The translations under genes were made by a program, and so were the position numbers. This document shows positions 49,501-64,000 of a DNA stretch of 64,000 nucleotides, piece by piece; position 1 is the first letter of the stretch; each line of letters opens with the position of its first letter. Below the pieces are notes generated by a model. It was not told where the DNA came from. It made no database searches and saw only the letters and a program-made list of their open reading frames with translations. The DNA is from Eledone cirrhosa (lineage: Eukaryota): positions 70,866,001 through 70,930,000 of the forward strand of contig OZ024742.1 in assembly GCA_964016885.1 (NCBI GenBank). Direction: 5' to 3'.

Positions 49501-52500
49501 TTCACATAACTTAAGATAGCCAGGGATGTGCCATAACCCTACTGTTCACATAACTTAAGATAGTCAGAGATGTGTCATACCCCTACTTTTCACATAACTT
49601 AAGATAGTCAGCGATGTGTCATAACCCTACTTTTCACATAACTTAAGATAGCCAGGGATGTGTCATAACCCTATTGTTCACATAACTTAAGATAGTTTGG
49701 GATGTGCCATAACCCTACTGTTCACATAACTTAAGATAGTCAGGGATGTACCATAACCCTACTGTTCACATAACTTAAGATAGACAGGGATGTGTCATAA
49801 CCCTACTGTTCACATAACTTAAGATAGCCAGGGATGTGTCATAACCCTACTGTTCACATAACTTAAGATAGCCAGGGATGTGTCATAACGCTACTGTTCA
49901 CATAACTTGAGATAGACAGGGATGTGTCATAACGCTACTGTTCACATAACTTAAGATAGCCAGGGATGTGCCATAACCCTACTGTTCACATAACTTAAGA
50001 TAGTCAGGGATGTGTCATAATCCTATTGTTCACATAACTTAAGATAGCCAGGGATGTGCCATAACCCTACTGTTCACATAACTTAAGATAGCCAGGGATG
50101 TGCCACAACCCTACTGTTCACATAACTTAAGATAGTCAGGGATGTGCCATAACCCTACTGTTCACATAACTTAAGATAGTCTGGGATGTGCCATAACCCT
50201 ACTGTTCACATAACTTACGATAGACAGTGATGTGTCATAACCCTATTGTTCACGTAACTTAAGATAGTCAGGGATGTGCCATAACCCTACTGTTCACATA
50301 ACTTAAGATAGTTAGAGATATGTCATAACCCTACTGTTCACATAAATTAAGATAGTCAAGGATTTGCCATAACCCTACTGTTCACATAACTTAAGATAGT
50401 CAGGGATGTGCCATAACCTTACTGTTCACATAACTTAAGATAGTCAGCGATGTGTCATAACCCTACTGTTCACATAACTTAAGATAGTCAGAGATGTGCC
50501 ATAATGCTACTGTTCACATAACTTAACATAGTTAGAGATATGTCATAACCCTACTGTTCACATAAATTAAGATAGTCAAGGATTTGCCATAACCCTACTG
50601 TTCACATAACTTAAGATAGTCAGGGATGTGCCATAACCTTACTGTTCACATAACTTAAGATAGCCAGGGATGTGTCATAACCCTACTGTTCACTTAACTT
50701 AAGATAGTCAGCGATGTGCCATAATGCTACAGTTCACATAACTTAAGATAGTTAGAGATGTGTCATAACCCTACTGTTCACATAACTTAAGATAGTGAGA
50801 GATGTGCCATAACCCTACTGTTCACATAACTTAAGATAGTCAGGGATCTGACATAACCCTACTGTTCACATAACTTAAGATAGTCAGGTATGTGCCATAA
50901 CTCTACTGTTCACATAACTTAAGATAGCCAGGGATGTGTCATAACGCTACTGTTCACACAACTTAAGATAGCCAGGGATGTGTCATAACCCTACTGTTCA
51001 CATAACTTAAGATAGCCAGGGATGTGCAATTACCCTATTGTTCACATAAATTAAGATAGTCATAGATGTGCGATAACCCTTCTGTTCACATAACTTAAGA
51101 TAGTCAGGAATGTGCCATAACACTACTGTTAACATAACTTAAGATAGTCAGCGATGTGTCATAACCCTACTGTTCACATAACTTAAGATTGTCAGGGATG
51201 TGTCATAACCCTACTGTTCACATAACTTAAGATAGTCAGGGATGTGCCATAACCTTACTGTTCACATAACTTAAGATAGTCAGCGATGTGTCATAACCCT
51301 ACTGTTCAGATAACTTAAGATAGCCAAGGATGTGTCATAACCCTACTGTTCACATAACTTAAGATAGTCAGCGATGTGTCATAACCCTACTGTTCAGATA
51401 ACTTAAGATAGTTAAAGATGTGTCATAACCCTACTGTTCACATAACTTAAGATAGTCAAGGATGTGCCATAACCGTACTGTTCACATAACTTAAGATAGC
51501 CAGGGATGTGCCACAACCCTACTGTTCACATAACTTAAGATAGTCAGGGATGTGCCATAACCTTACTGTTCACATAACTTAAGATAGTCAGGGATGTGTC
51601 ATAACCCTATTGTTCACGTAACTTAAGATAGCCAGGGATGTGTCATAACCCTACTGTTCACATAACTTAAGATAGCCAGGGATGTGTCATAACGCTACTG
51701 TTCACATAACTTAAGATAGCCAGGGATGTGTCATAACGCTACTGTTCACACAACTTAAGATAGCCAGGGATGTGTCATAACCCTACTGTTCACATAACTT
51801 AAGATAGCCAGGGATGTGCAATTACCCTATTGTTCACATAACTTAAGATAGTCATAGATGTGCGATAACCCTACTGTTCACATAACTTAAGATAGAGATG
51901 AGTCATAACCCTACTGTTCACATAACTTAAGATAGAGATGAGTCATAACCCTACTGTTCACATAACTTAAGATAGCCAGGGATGTGCCATGACCCTACTG
52001 TTCACATAACTTAAGATGGTCAGGGATGTGTCATAACCCTACTGTTCACATAACTTAAGATAGTCAGGGATGTGCCATAACCCTACTGTTCACATAACTT
52101 AAGATAGAGATGAGTCATAACCCTACTGTTCACATAACTTAAGATAGCCAGGGATGTGCCATGACCCTACTGTTCACATAACTTAAGATAGTCAGAGATG
52201 TGGCATACCCCTACTTTTCACATAACTTAAGATAGTCAGGGATGTGCCATAACCCTACTGTTCACATCACTAAAGATAGTCAGCGATGTGGCATACCCCT
52301 ACTTTTCACATAACTTAAGATAGTCAGGGATGTGCCATAACCCTACTGTTCACATCACTAAAGATAGTCAGCGATGTGGCATACCCCTACTTTTCACATA
52401 ACTTAAGATAGTCAGGGATGTGCCATAACCCTACTGTTCACATAACTTAAGATAGAGATGAGTCATAACCCTACTGTTCACATAACTTAAGATAGCCAGG

Positions 52501-55500
52501 GATGTGCCATGACCCTACTGTTCACATAACTTAAGATAGTCATGGATGTGTAATAACCCTACTGTTCACATAACTTAAGATGGTCAGGGATGTGTCATAA
52601 CCCTACTGTTCACATAACTTAAGATAGTCAGGGATGTGCCATAACCCTACTGTTCACATAACTTAAGATAGCCAGGGATGTGCGATAACCCTACTGTTGA
52701 CATAACTTAAGATAGCCAGGGATGTGCCATAACCCTACTGTTCACATAACTTAAGATAGTCAGAGATGTGTCATACCCCTACTTTTCACATAACTTAAGA
52801 TAGTCAGCGATGTGTCATAACACTACTGTTCATATAACTTAAGATTGTCAGGGATGTGTCATAACCCTACTGTTCACATAACTTAAGATAGTCAGGGATG
52901 TGGCATAATGCTACTGTTCACATAACTTAAGATAGTTAGAGATGTGTCATAACCCTACTGTTCACATAACTTATGATAGTCAAGGATGTGCCATAACCCT
53001 ACTGTTCACATAACTTGAGATAGCCAGGGATGTGTCATAACCCTACTGTTCACATAACTTAAGATAGTCAGGGATGTGCCATAATGCTACTGTTCACATA
53101 ACTTAAGATAGTTAGATATGTGTCATAACCCTACTGTTCACATAACTTAAGATAGCCAGGGATGTGTCATAACCCTACTGTTCACATAACTTAAGATAGC
53201 CAGGGATATTCCATAACCCTATTGTTCACATAACTTAAGATAGCCAGGGATGTGTCATAACCCTACTGTTCACATAACTTAAGATAGTTTGGGATGTGCC
53301 ATAACCCTACTGTTCATATAACTTAAGATAGTCAGGGATGTACCATAACCCTACTGTTCACATAACTTATGATAGGCAGGGATGTGTCATAACCCTACTG
53401 TTCACATAACTTATGATAGCCAGGGATGTGTCATAACCCTACTGTTCACATAACTTAAGATAGCCAGGGATGTGTCATAACCCTACTGTTCACATAACTT
53501 AAGATAGCCAGGGATGTGCAATAACCTTATTGTTCACATAACTTAAGATAGTCATAGATGTGTCATAACCCTACTGTTCACATAACTTAAGATAGTCAGG
53601 AATGTGCCATAACACTACTGTTAACATAAAATAAGATAGTCAGGGATGTGTCATAACCCTACTGTTCACATAACTTAAAATAGACAGCGATTTGTCATAA
53701 CCCTACTGTTCATATAACTTAAGATTGTCAGGGATGTGTCATAACCATACTTTTCACATAACTTAAGATAGTTAGGGATGTGCCATAACCCTAATGTTCA
53801 CATAACTTAAGATAGTCAGGGATGTACCATAACCCTACTGTTCACATAACTTAAGATAGTCAGAAATGTGCCATAACCCTACTGTTCACATAACTTAAGA
53901 TAGTCAGGGATGTGCCATAACTCTACTGTTCACATAACTTAAGATATCAGGGATGTGTAATAACCCTACTGTTCACATAACTTATGATAGCCAGCGATGT
54001 GTTATAACCCTACTGTTCACATAACTTAAGATAGTAAGGGATGTGCCATAACCCTACTGTTCACATAACTTAAGATAGTAAGGGATGTGCCATAACCCTA
54101 CTGTTCACATAACTTAAGATAGCCAGGGATGTGCCATAACCCTACTGTTCACATAACTTAAGATATCCAGGGATGTGCCATAACCCTACTGTTCACATAA
54201 CTTAAGATAGTAAGGGATGTGCCATAACCCTACTGTTCACATAACTTAAGATAGCCAGGGATGTGTAATAACCCTACTGTTCACATAACTTAAGATAGCC
54301 AGGGATGTGTCATAACTCTACTGTTCACACAACTTAACATAGCCAGGGATGTGCCATAACCCTACTGTTCACACAATTTAAGATAGCCAGGGATGTGTAA
54401 TAACCCTACTGTTCACATAACTTAAGATAGCCAGGGATGTGTAATAACCCTACTGTTCACATAACTTAAGATAGCCAGGGATGTGTCATAACCGTACTGT
54501 TCACATAACTTAAGATAGCCAGGGATGTGTCATAACCCTACTGTTCACATAACTTAAGATAGCCAGGGATGTTCCATAACCCTACTGTTCACATAACTTA
54601 AGATAGTCAGAGATGTGTCATACCCCTACTCTTCACATAACTTGCGATGGTTCATAACCCTACTGTTCACATCACTAAAGATAGTCAGAGATGTGTCATA
54701 CCCCTACTTTTCACATAACTTAAGATTGTCAGGGATGTGTCATAACCCTACTGTTCACATAAATTAAGATAGTCAGGGATGTGCCATAACCTTACTGTTC
54801 ACATAACTTAAGATAGTCAGCGATGTGTCATAACCCTACTGTTCACATAACTTAAGATAGTCAGGGATGTGCCATAATGCTACTGTTCACATAACTTAAG
54901 ATAGTTAGAGATGTGTCATAACCCTAATGTTCACATAACTTAAGATAGTCAGGGATGTACCATAACCCTACTGTTCACATAACTTAAGATAGTCAGAGAT
55001 GTGCCATAACCCTACTGTTCACATAACTTAAGATATCAGGGATGTGCCATAACCCTACTGTTCACATAACTTAAGATATCCAGGGATGTGTCATAACCCT
55101 ACTGTTCACATAACTTAAGATAGTCAGGGATGTGCCATAATGCTACTGTTCACATAACTTAAGATAGTCAGAGATGTGTCATACTCCTACTTTTCACATA
55201 ACTTAAGATAGTCAGCGATGTGTCATAACCCTACTTTTCACATAACTTAAGATAGCCAGGGATGTGTCATAACCCTATTGTTCACATAACTTAAGATAGT
55301 TTGGGATGTGCCATAACCCTACTGTTCACATAACTTAAGATAGTCAGGGATGTACCATAACCCTACTGTTCACATAACTTAAGATAGACAGGGATGTGTC
55401 ATAACCCTACTGTTCACATAACTTAAGATAGCCAGGGATGTGTCATAACCCTACTGTTCACATAACTTAAGATAGCCAGGGATGTGTCATAACGCTACTG

Positions 55501-58500
55501 TTCACATAACTTGAGATAGACAGGGATGTGTCATAACGCTACTGTTCACATAACTTAAGATAGCCAGGGATGTGCCATAACCCTACTGTTCACATAACTT
55601 AAGATAGTCAGGGATGTGTCATAATCCTATTGTTCACATAACTTAAGATAGCCAGGGATGTGCCATAACCCTACTGTTCACATAACTTAAGATAGCCAGG
55701 GATGTGCCACAACCCTACTGTTCACATAACTTAAGATAGTCAGGGATGTGCCATAACCCTACTGTTCACATAACTTAAGATAGTCTGGGATGTGCCATAA
55801 CCCTACTGTTCACATAACTTACGATAGACAGTGATGTGTCATAACCCTATTGTTCACGTAACTTAAGATAGTCAGGGATGTGCCATAACCCTACTGTTCA
55901 CATAACTTAAGATAGTTAGAGATATGTCATAACCCTACTGTTCACATAAATTAAGATAGTCAAGGATTTGCCATAACCCTACTGTTCACATAACTTAAGA
56001 TAGTCAGGGATGTGCCATAACCTTACTGTTCACATAACTTAAGATAGTCAGCGATGTGTCATAACCCTACTGTTCACATAACTTAAGATAGTCAGAGATG
56101 TGCCATAATGCTACTGTTCACATAACTTAACATAGTTAGAGATATGTCATAACCCTACTGTTCACATAAATTAAGATAGTCAAGGATTTGCCATAACCCT
56201 ACTGTTCACATAACTTAAGATAGTCAGGGATTTGCCATAACCTTACTGTTCACATAACTTAAGATAGCCAGGGATGTGTCATAACCCTACTGTTCACTTA
56301 ACTTAAGATAGTCAGCGATGTGCCATAATGCTACAGTTCACATAACTTAAGATAGTTAGAGATGTGTCATAACCCTACTGTTCACATAACTTAAGATAGT
56401 GAGAGATGTGCCATAACCCTACTGTTCACATAACTTAAGATAGTCAGGGATCTGACATAACCCTACTGTTCACATAACTTAAGATAGTCAGGTATGTGCC
56501 ATAACTCTACTGTTCACATAACTTAAGATAGCCAGGGATGTGTCATAACGCTACTGTTCACACAACTTAAGATAGCCAGGGATGTGTCATAACCCTACTG
56601 TTCACATAACTTAAGATAGCCAGGGATGTGCAATTACCCTATTGTTCACATAAATTAAGATAGTCATAGATGTGCGATAACCCTTCTGTTCACATAACTT
56701 AAGATAGTCAGGAATGTGCCATAACACTACTGTTAACATAACTTAAGATAGTCAGCGATGTGTCATAACCCTACTGTTCACATAACTTAAGATTGTCAGG
56801 GATGTGTCATAACCCTACTGTTCACATAACTTAAGATAGTCAGGGATGTGCCATAACCTTACTGTTCACATAACTTAAGATAGTCAGCGATGTGTCATAA
56901 CCCTACTGTTCAGATAACTTAAGATAGCCAAGGATGTGTCATAACCCTACTGTTCACATAACTTAAGATAGTCAGCGATGTGTCATAACCCTACTGTTCA
57001 GATAACTTAAGATAGTTAAAGATGTGTCATAACCCTACTGTTCACATAACTTAAGATAGTCAAGGATGTGCCATAACCGTACTGTTCACATAACTTAAGA
57101 TAGCCAGGGATGTGCCACAACCCTACTGTTCACATAACTTAAGATAGTCAGGGATGTGCCATAACCTTACTGTTCACATAACTTAAGATAGTCAGGGATG
57201 TGTCATAACCCTATTGTTCACGTAACTTAAGATAGCCAGGGATGTGTCATAACCCTACTGTTCACATAACTTAAGATAGCCAGGGATGTGTCATAACGCT
57301 ACTGTTCACATAACTTAAGATAGCCAGGGATGTGTCATAACGCTACTGTTCACACAACTTAAGATAGCCAGGGATGTGTCATAACCCTACTGTTCACATA
57401 ACTTAAGATAGCCAGGGATGTGCAATTACCCTATTGTTCACATAACTTAAGATAGTCATAGATGTGCGATAACCCTACTGTTCACATAACTTAAGATAGA
57501 GATGAGTCATAACCCTACTGTTCACATAACTTAAGATAGAGATGAGTCATAACCCTACTGTTCACATAACTTAAGATAGCCAGGGATGTGCCATGACCCT
57601 ACTGTTCACATAACTTAAGATGGTCAGGGATGTGTCATAACCCTACTGTTCACATAACTTAAGATAGTCAGGGATGTGCCATAACCCTACTGTTCACATA
57701 ACTTAAGATAGAGATGAGTCATAACCCTACTGTTCACATAACTTAAGATAGCCAGGGATGTGCCATGACCCTACTGTTCACATAACTTAAGATAGTCAGA
57801 GATGTGGCATACCCCTACTTTTCACATAACTTAAGATAGTCAGGGATGTGCCATAACCCTACTGTTCACATCACTAAAGATAGTCAGCGATGTGGCATAC
57901 CCCTACTTTTCACATAACTTAAGATAGTCAGGGATGTGCCATAACCCTACTGTTCACATCACTAAAGATAGTCAGCGATGTGGCATACCCCTACTTTTCA
58001 CATAACTTAAGATAGTCAGGGATGTGCCATAACCCTACTGTTCACATAACTTAAGATAGAGATGAGTCATAACCCTACTGTTCACATAACTTAAGATAGC
58101 CAGGGATGTGCCATGACCCTACTGTTCACATAACTTAAGATAGTCATGGATGTGTAATAACCCTACTGTTCACATAACTTAAGATGGTCAGGGATGTGTC
58201 ATAACCCTACTGTTCACATAACTTAAGATAGTCAGGGATGTGCCATAACCCTACTGTTCACATAACTTAAGATAGCCAGGGATGTGCGATAACCCTACTG
58301 TTGACATAACTTAAGATAGCCAGGGATGTGCCATAACCCTACTGTTCACATAACTTAAGATAGTCAGAGATGTGTCATACCCCTACTTTTCACATAACTT
58401 AAGATAGTCAGCGATGTGTCATAACACTACTGTTCATATAACTTAAGATTGTCAGGGATGTGTCATAACCCTACTGTTCACATAACTTAAGATAGTCAGG

Positions 58501-61500
58501 GATGTGGCATAATGCTACTGTTCACATAACTTAAGATAGTTAGAGATGTGTCATAACCCTACTGTTCACATAACTTATGATAGTCAAGGATGTGCCATAA
58601 CCCTACTGTTCACATAACTTGAGATAGCCAGGGATGTGTCATAACCCTACTGTTCACATAACTTAAGATAGTCAGGGATGTGCCATAATGCTACTGTTCA
58701 CATAACTTAAGATAGTTAGATATGTGTCATAACCCTACTGTTCACATAACTTAAGATAGCCAGGGATGTGTCATAACCCTACTGTTCACATAACTTAAGA
58801 TAGCCAGGGATATTCCATAACCCTATTGTTCACATAACTTAAGATAGCCAGGGATGTGTCATAACCCTACTGTTCACATAACTTAAGATAGTTTGGGATG
58901 TGCCATAACCCTACTGTTCACATAACTTAAGATAGTCAGGGATGTGGCATAATGCTACTGTTCACATAACTTAAGATAGTTAGAGATGTGTCATAACCCT
59001 ACTGTTCACATAACTTATGATAGTCAAGGATGTGCCATAACCCTACTGTTCACATAACTTATGATAGGCAGGGATGTGTCATAACCCTACTGTTCACATA
59101 ACTTATGATAGCCAGGGATGTGTCATAACCCTACTGTTCACATAACTTAAGATAGCCAGGGATGTGTCATAACCCTACTGTTCACATAACTTAAGATAGC
59201 CAGGGATGTGCAATAACCTTATTGTTCACATAACTTAAGATAGTCATAGATGTGTCATAACCCTACTGTTCACATAACTTAAGATAGTCAGGAATGTGCC
59301 ATAACACTACTGTTAACATAAAATAAGATAGTCAGGGATGTGTCATAACCCTACTGTTCACATAACTTAAAATAGACAGCGATTTGTCATAACCCTACTG
59401 TTCATATAACTTAAGATTGTCAGGGATGTGTCATAACCATACTTTTCACATAACTTAAGATAGTTAGGGATGTGCCATAACCCTAATGTTCACATAACTT
59501 AAGATAGTCAGGGATGTACCATAACCCTACTGTTCACATAACTTAAGATAGTCAGAAATGTGCCATAACCCTACTGTTCACATAACTTAAGATAGTCAGG
59601 GATGTGCCATAACTCTACTGTTCACATAACTTAAGATATCAGGGATGTGTAATAACCCTACTGTTCACATAACTTATGATAGCCAGCGATGTGTTATAAC
59701 CCTACTGTTCACATAACTTAAGATAGTAAGGGATGTGCCATAACCCTACTGTTCACATAACTTAAGATAGTAAGGGATGTGCCATAACCCTACTGTTCAC
59801 ATAACTTAAGATAGCCAGGGATGTGCCATAACCCTACTGTTCACATAACTTAAGATATCCAGGGATGTGCCATAACCCTACTGTTCACATAACTTAAGAT
59901 AGTAAGGGATGTGCCATAACCCTACTGTTCACATAACTTAAGATAGCCAGGGATGTGTAATAACCCTACTGTTCACATAACTTAAGATAGCCAGGGATGT
60001 GTCATAACTCTACTGTTCACACAACTTAACATAGCCAGGGATGTGCCATAACCCTACTGTTCACACAATTTAAGATAGCCAGGGATGTGTAATAACCCTA
60101 CTGTTCACATAACTTAAGATAGCCAGGGATGTGTAATAACCCTACTGTTCACAAAACTTAAGATAGCCAGGGATGTGTCATAACCGTACTGTTCACATAA
60201 CTTAAGATAGCCAGGGATGTGTCATAACCCTACTGTTCACATAACTTAAGATAGCCAGGAATGTTCCATAACCCTACTGTTCACATAACTTAAGATAGTC
60301 AGAGATGTGTCATACCCCTACTCTTCACATAACTTGCGATGGTTCATAACCCTACTGTTCACATCACTAAAGATAGTCAGAGATGTGTCATACCCCTACT
60401 TTTCACATAACTTAAGATTGTCAGGGATGTGTCATAACCCTACTGTTCACATAACTTAAGATAGTCAGGGATGTGCCATAATGCTACTGTTCACATAACT
60501 TAAGATAGTTAGAGATGTGTCATAACCCTACTGTTCACATAACTTAAGATAGCCAGGGATGTGTCATAACCCTACTGTTCACATAACTTAAGATAGCCAG
60601 GGATGTTCCATAACCCTATTGTTCATATAACTTAAGATAGCCAGGGATGTGTCATAACCCTACTGTTCACATAACTTGAGATAGTTTGGGATGTGCCATA
60701 ACCCTACTGTTCACATAACTTAAGATAGTCAGGGATGTATCATAACCCTACTGTTCACATAATTTAAGATAGACAGGGATGTGTCATAACCCTACTGTTC
60801 ACATAACTTAAGATAGCCAGGGATGTTCCATAACCCTACTGTTCACATAACTTAAGATAGTCAGAGATGTGTCATACCCCTACTCTTCACATAACTTGCG
60901 ATGGTTCATAACCCTACTGTTCACGTCACTAAAGATAGTCAGAGATGTGTCATACCCCTACTTTTCACATAACTTAAGATAGTCAGCGATGTGTCATAAC
61001 ACTACTGTTCATATAACTTAAGATTGTCAGGGATGTGTCATAACCCCACTGTTCACATAACTTAAGATAGTCAGAGATGTGCCATAACCCTACTGTTCAC
61101 ATAACTTAAGATATCAGGGATGTGCCATAACCCTACTGTTCACATAACTTAAGATATCCAGGGATGTGTCATAACCATACTTTTCACATAACTTAAGATA
61201 GTTAGGGATATGCCATAACCCTAATGTTCACATAACTTAAGATAGTCAGGGATGTACCATAACCCTACTGTTCACATAACTTAAGATAGTGAGAGATGTG
61301 CCATAACCCTACTGTTCACATAACTTAAGATATCAGGGATGTGACATAACCCTACTGTTCACATAACTTAAGATAGTCAGGGATGTGCCATAACTCTACT
61401 GTTTACATAACTTAAGATATCCAGGGATGTGTAATAACCCTACTGTTCACATAACTTAAGATAGCCAGGGATGTGTCATAACTCTACTGTTCACATAACT

Positions 61501-64000
61501 TAAGATAGTCAGGGATGTGCCATAACCCTACTGTTCACATAACTTATGATAGCCAGCGATGTGTTATAACCCTACTGTTCACATAACTTAAGATAGTAAG
61601 GGATGTGCCATAACGCTACTGTTCACATAACTTAAGATAGTAAGGGATGTGCCATAACCCTACTGTTCACATAACTTAAGATAGCCAGGGATGTGCCATA
61701 ACCCTACTGTTCACATAACTTAAGATATCCAGGGATGTGCCATAACCCTACTGTTCAAATAACTTAAGATAGTAAGGGATGTGCCATAACCCTACTGTTC
61801 ACATAACTTAAGATAGCCAGGGATGTGTAATAACCCTACTGTTCACATAACTTAAGATAGCCAGGGATGTGTCATAACTCTACTGTTCACACAACTTAAG
61901 ATAGCCAGGGATGTGCCATAACCCTACTGTTCACATAACTTTAGATAGTCAGGGATGTTCGATAACCCTACTGTTCAAATAACTTAAGATAGTCAGGGAT
62001 GTGTCATAACCCTACTGTTCACATAACTTTAGATAGTCAGGGATGTGCCATAACCCTACTGTTCACATAACTTAAGATGGTCAGGGATGTGTCATAACCC
62101 TACTGTTCACATAACTTAAGATAGTCAGGGATGTGCCATAACCCTACTGTTCACATAACTTAAGATAGCCAGGGATGTACCATAACCCTACTGTTCACAT
62201 ATCTTAAGATAGCCAGGGATGTACCACAACCCTACTGTTCACATAACTTAAGATAGTCAGGGATGTGCGATAACCCTACTGTTCACATAACTTAAGATAG
62301 AGATGTGTCATAACCCTACTGTTCACATAACTTAAGATAGTTTGGGATGTGCCATAACCCTACTGTTCCCATAACTTAAGATAGTCAGGGATGTACCATA
62401 ACCCTACTGTTCACATAACTTAAGATAGACAGGGATGTGTCATAACCCTACTGTTCACATAACTTAAGTTAGCCAGGGATGTGTCATAACGCTACTGTTC
62501 ACATATCTTAAGATAGCCAGGGATGTGTCATAACCCTACTGTTCACATAACTTAAGATAGCCAGGGATATGCAATAACCCTATTGTTCATATAACTTAAG
62601 ATAGTCAGGGATGTGCCATAAACCAACTGTTTACATAACTTAAGATAGTCAGAGATGTGCCATAACCCTACTGTTCACATAACTTAAGATATCAGGGATG
62701 TGCCATAACCCTACTGTTCACATAACTTAAGATATCCAGGGATGTGTCATAACCCTACTGTTCACATAACTTAAGATAGTCAGGGATGTGCCATAATGCT
62801 ACTGTTCACATAACTTAAGATAGTTAGAGATGTGTCATAACCCTACTGTTCACATAACTTAAGATAGCCAGGGATGTGTCATAACCCTACTGTTCACATA
62901 ACTTAAGATAGCCAGGGATGTTCCATAACCCTATTGTTCATATAACTTAAGATAGCCAGGGATGTGTCATAACCCTACTGTTCACATAACTTGAGATAGT
63001 TTGGGATGTGCCATAACCCTACTGTTCACATAACTTAAGATAGTCAGGGATGTATCATAACCCTACTGTTCACATAATTTAAGATAGACAGGGATGTGTC
63101 ATAACCCTACTGTTCACATAACTTAAGATAGCCAGGGATGTTCCATAACCCTACTGTTCACATAACTTAAGATAGTCAGAGATGTGTCATACCCCTACTC
63201 TTCACATAACTTGCGATGGTTCATAACCCTACTGTTCACGTCACTAAAGATAGTCAGAGATGTGTCATACCCCTACTTTTCACATAACTTAAGATAGTCA
63301 GCGATGTGTCATAACACTACTGTTCATATAACTTAAGATTGTCAGGGATGTGTCATAACCCCACTGTTCACATAACTTAAGATAGTCAGAGATGTGCCAT
63401 AACCCTACTGTTCACATAACTTAAGATATCAGGGATGTGCCATAACCCTACTGTTCACATAACTTAAGATATCCAGGGATGTGTCATAACCATACTTTTC
63501 ACATAACTTAAGATAGTTAGGGATATGCCATAACCCTAATGTTCACATAACTTAAGATAGTCAGGGATGTACCATAACCCTACTGTTCACATAACTTAAG
63601 ATAGTGAGAGATGTGCCATAACCCTACTGTTCACATAACTTAAGATATCAGGGATGTGACATAACCCTACTGTTCACATAACTTAAGATAGTCAGGGATG
63701 TGCCATAACTCTACTGTTTACATAACTTAAGATATCCAGGGATGTGTAATAACCCTACTGTTCACATAACTTAAGATAGCCAGGGATGTGTCATAACTCT
63801 ACTGTTCACATAACTTAAGATAGTCAGGGATGTGCCATAACCCTACTGTTCACATAACTTATGATAGCCAGCGATGTGTTATAACCCTACTGTTCACATA
63901 ACTTAAGATAGTAAGGGATGTGCCATAACGCTACTGTTCACATAACTTAAGATAGTAAGGGATGTGCCATAACCCTACTGTTCACATAACTTAAGATAGC
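22537..64000. repeat. 44-bp satellite DNA array, over 41 kb, about 940 monomers, running past the window end
   Basis: Consensus ATAACCCTACTGTTCACATAACTTAAGATAGTCAGGGATGTGCC (period 44, e.g. 22623 to 22667). It is head-to-tail, with no inserted element seen, no tracked ORFs, and degenerate monomers at 22537-22610. Confidence 0.98.

Noticed and set aside
22537-64000. CRISPR-like array (constant part plus variable part)
   Set aside because: The variable parts are point variants of one short sequence, not unique spacers. There are no cas genes and the context is eukaryotic. It is satellite DNA.
22537-64000. Telomeric repeat tract or coding repeat
   Set aside because: There is only one partial TAACCCTA per monomer and no (TTAGGG)n run. 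The period of 44 is not a multiple of 3 and no ORF is tracked.

Overview
AT-rich eukaryotic (animal) genomic DNA. The repeat families suggest an octopus or other coleoid cephalopod, but this is an inference. Bases 1-497 hold the 3' coding end of a PRDM10-like transcription factor gene. Bases 0.5-22.5 kb are a dense patchwork of tRNA-type SINEs, micro- and minisatellites and transposon remnants: a CR1-like LINE whose ORF2 has lost its whole RT domain in frame and lies behind a GGGAAAC -1 slippery site, a cluster of RTE-like LINEs with a PHD finger inside the RT region, a CRE-like 3' fragment, two hAT MITEs and a decayed mariner. From about 22.5 kb to the window end (about 41 kb) there is one 44-bp satellite array of roughly 940 monomers, with nested higher-order duplications at offsets of about 0.95, 2.2, 2.3, 4.86, 5.6, 12.1 and 14.3 kb. 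I found no CRISPR array, rRNA or prokaryotic system. The best candidates for something new are the RT-less frameshift-linked LINE, the satellite's higher-order structure, and recurring fold-back or templated-insertion scars at element junctions. All coordinates and offsets were read by eye, and no database searches were run.
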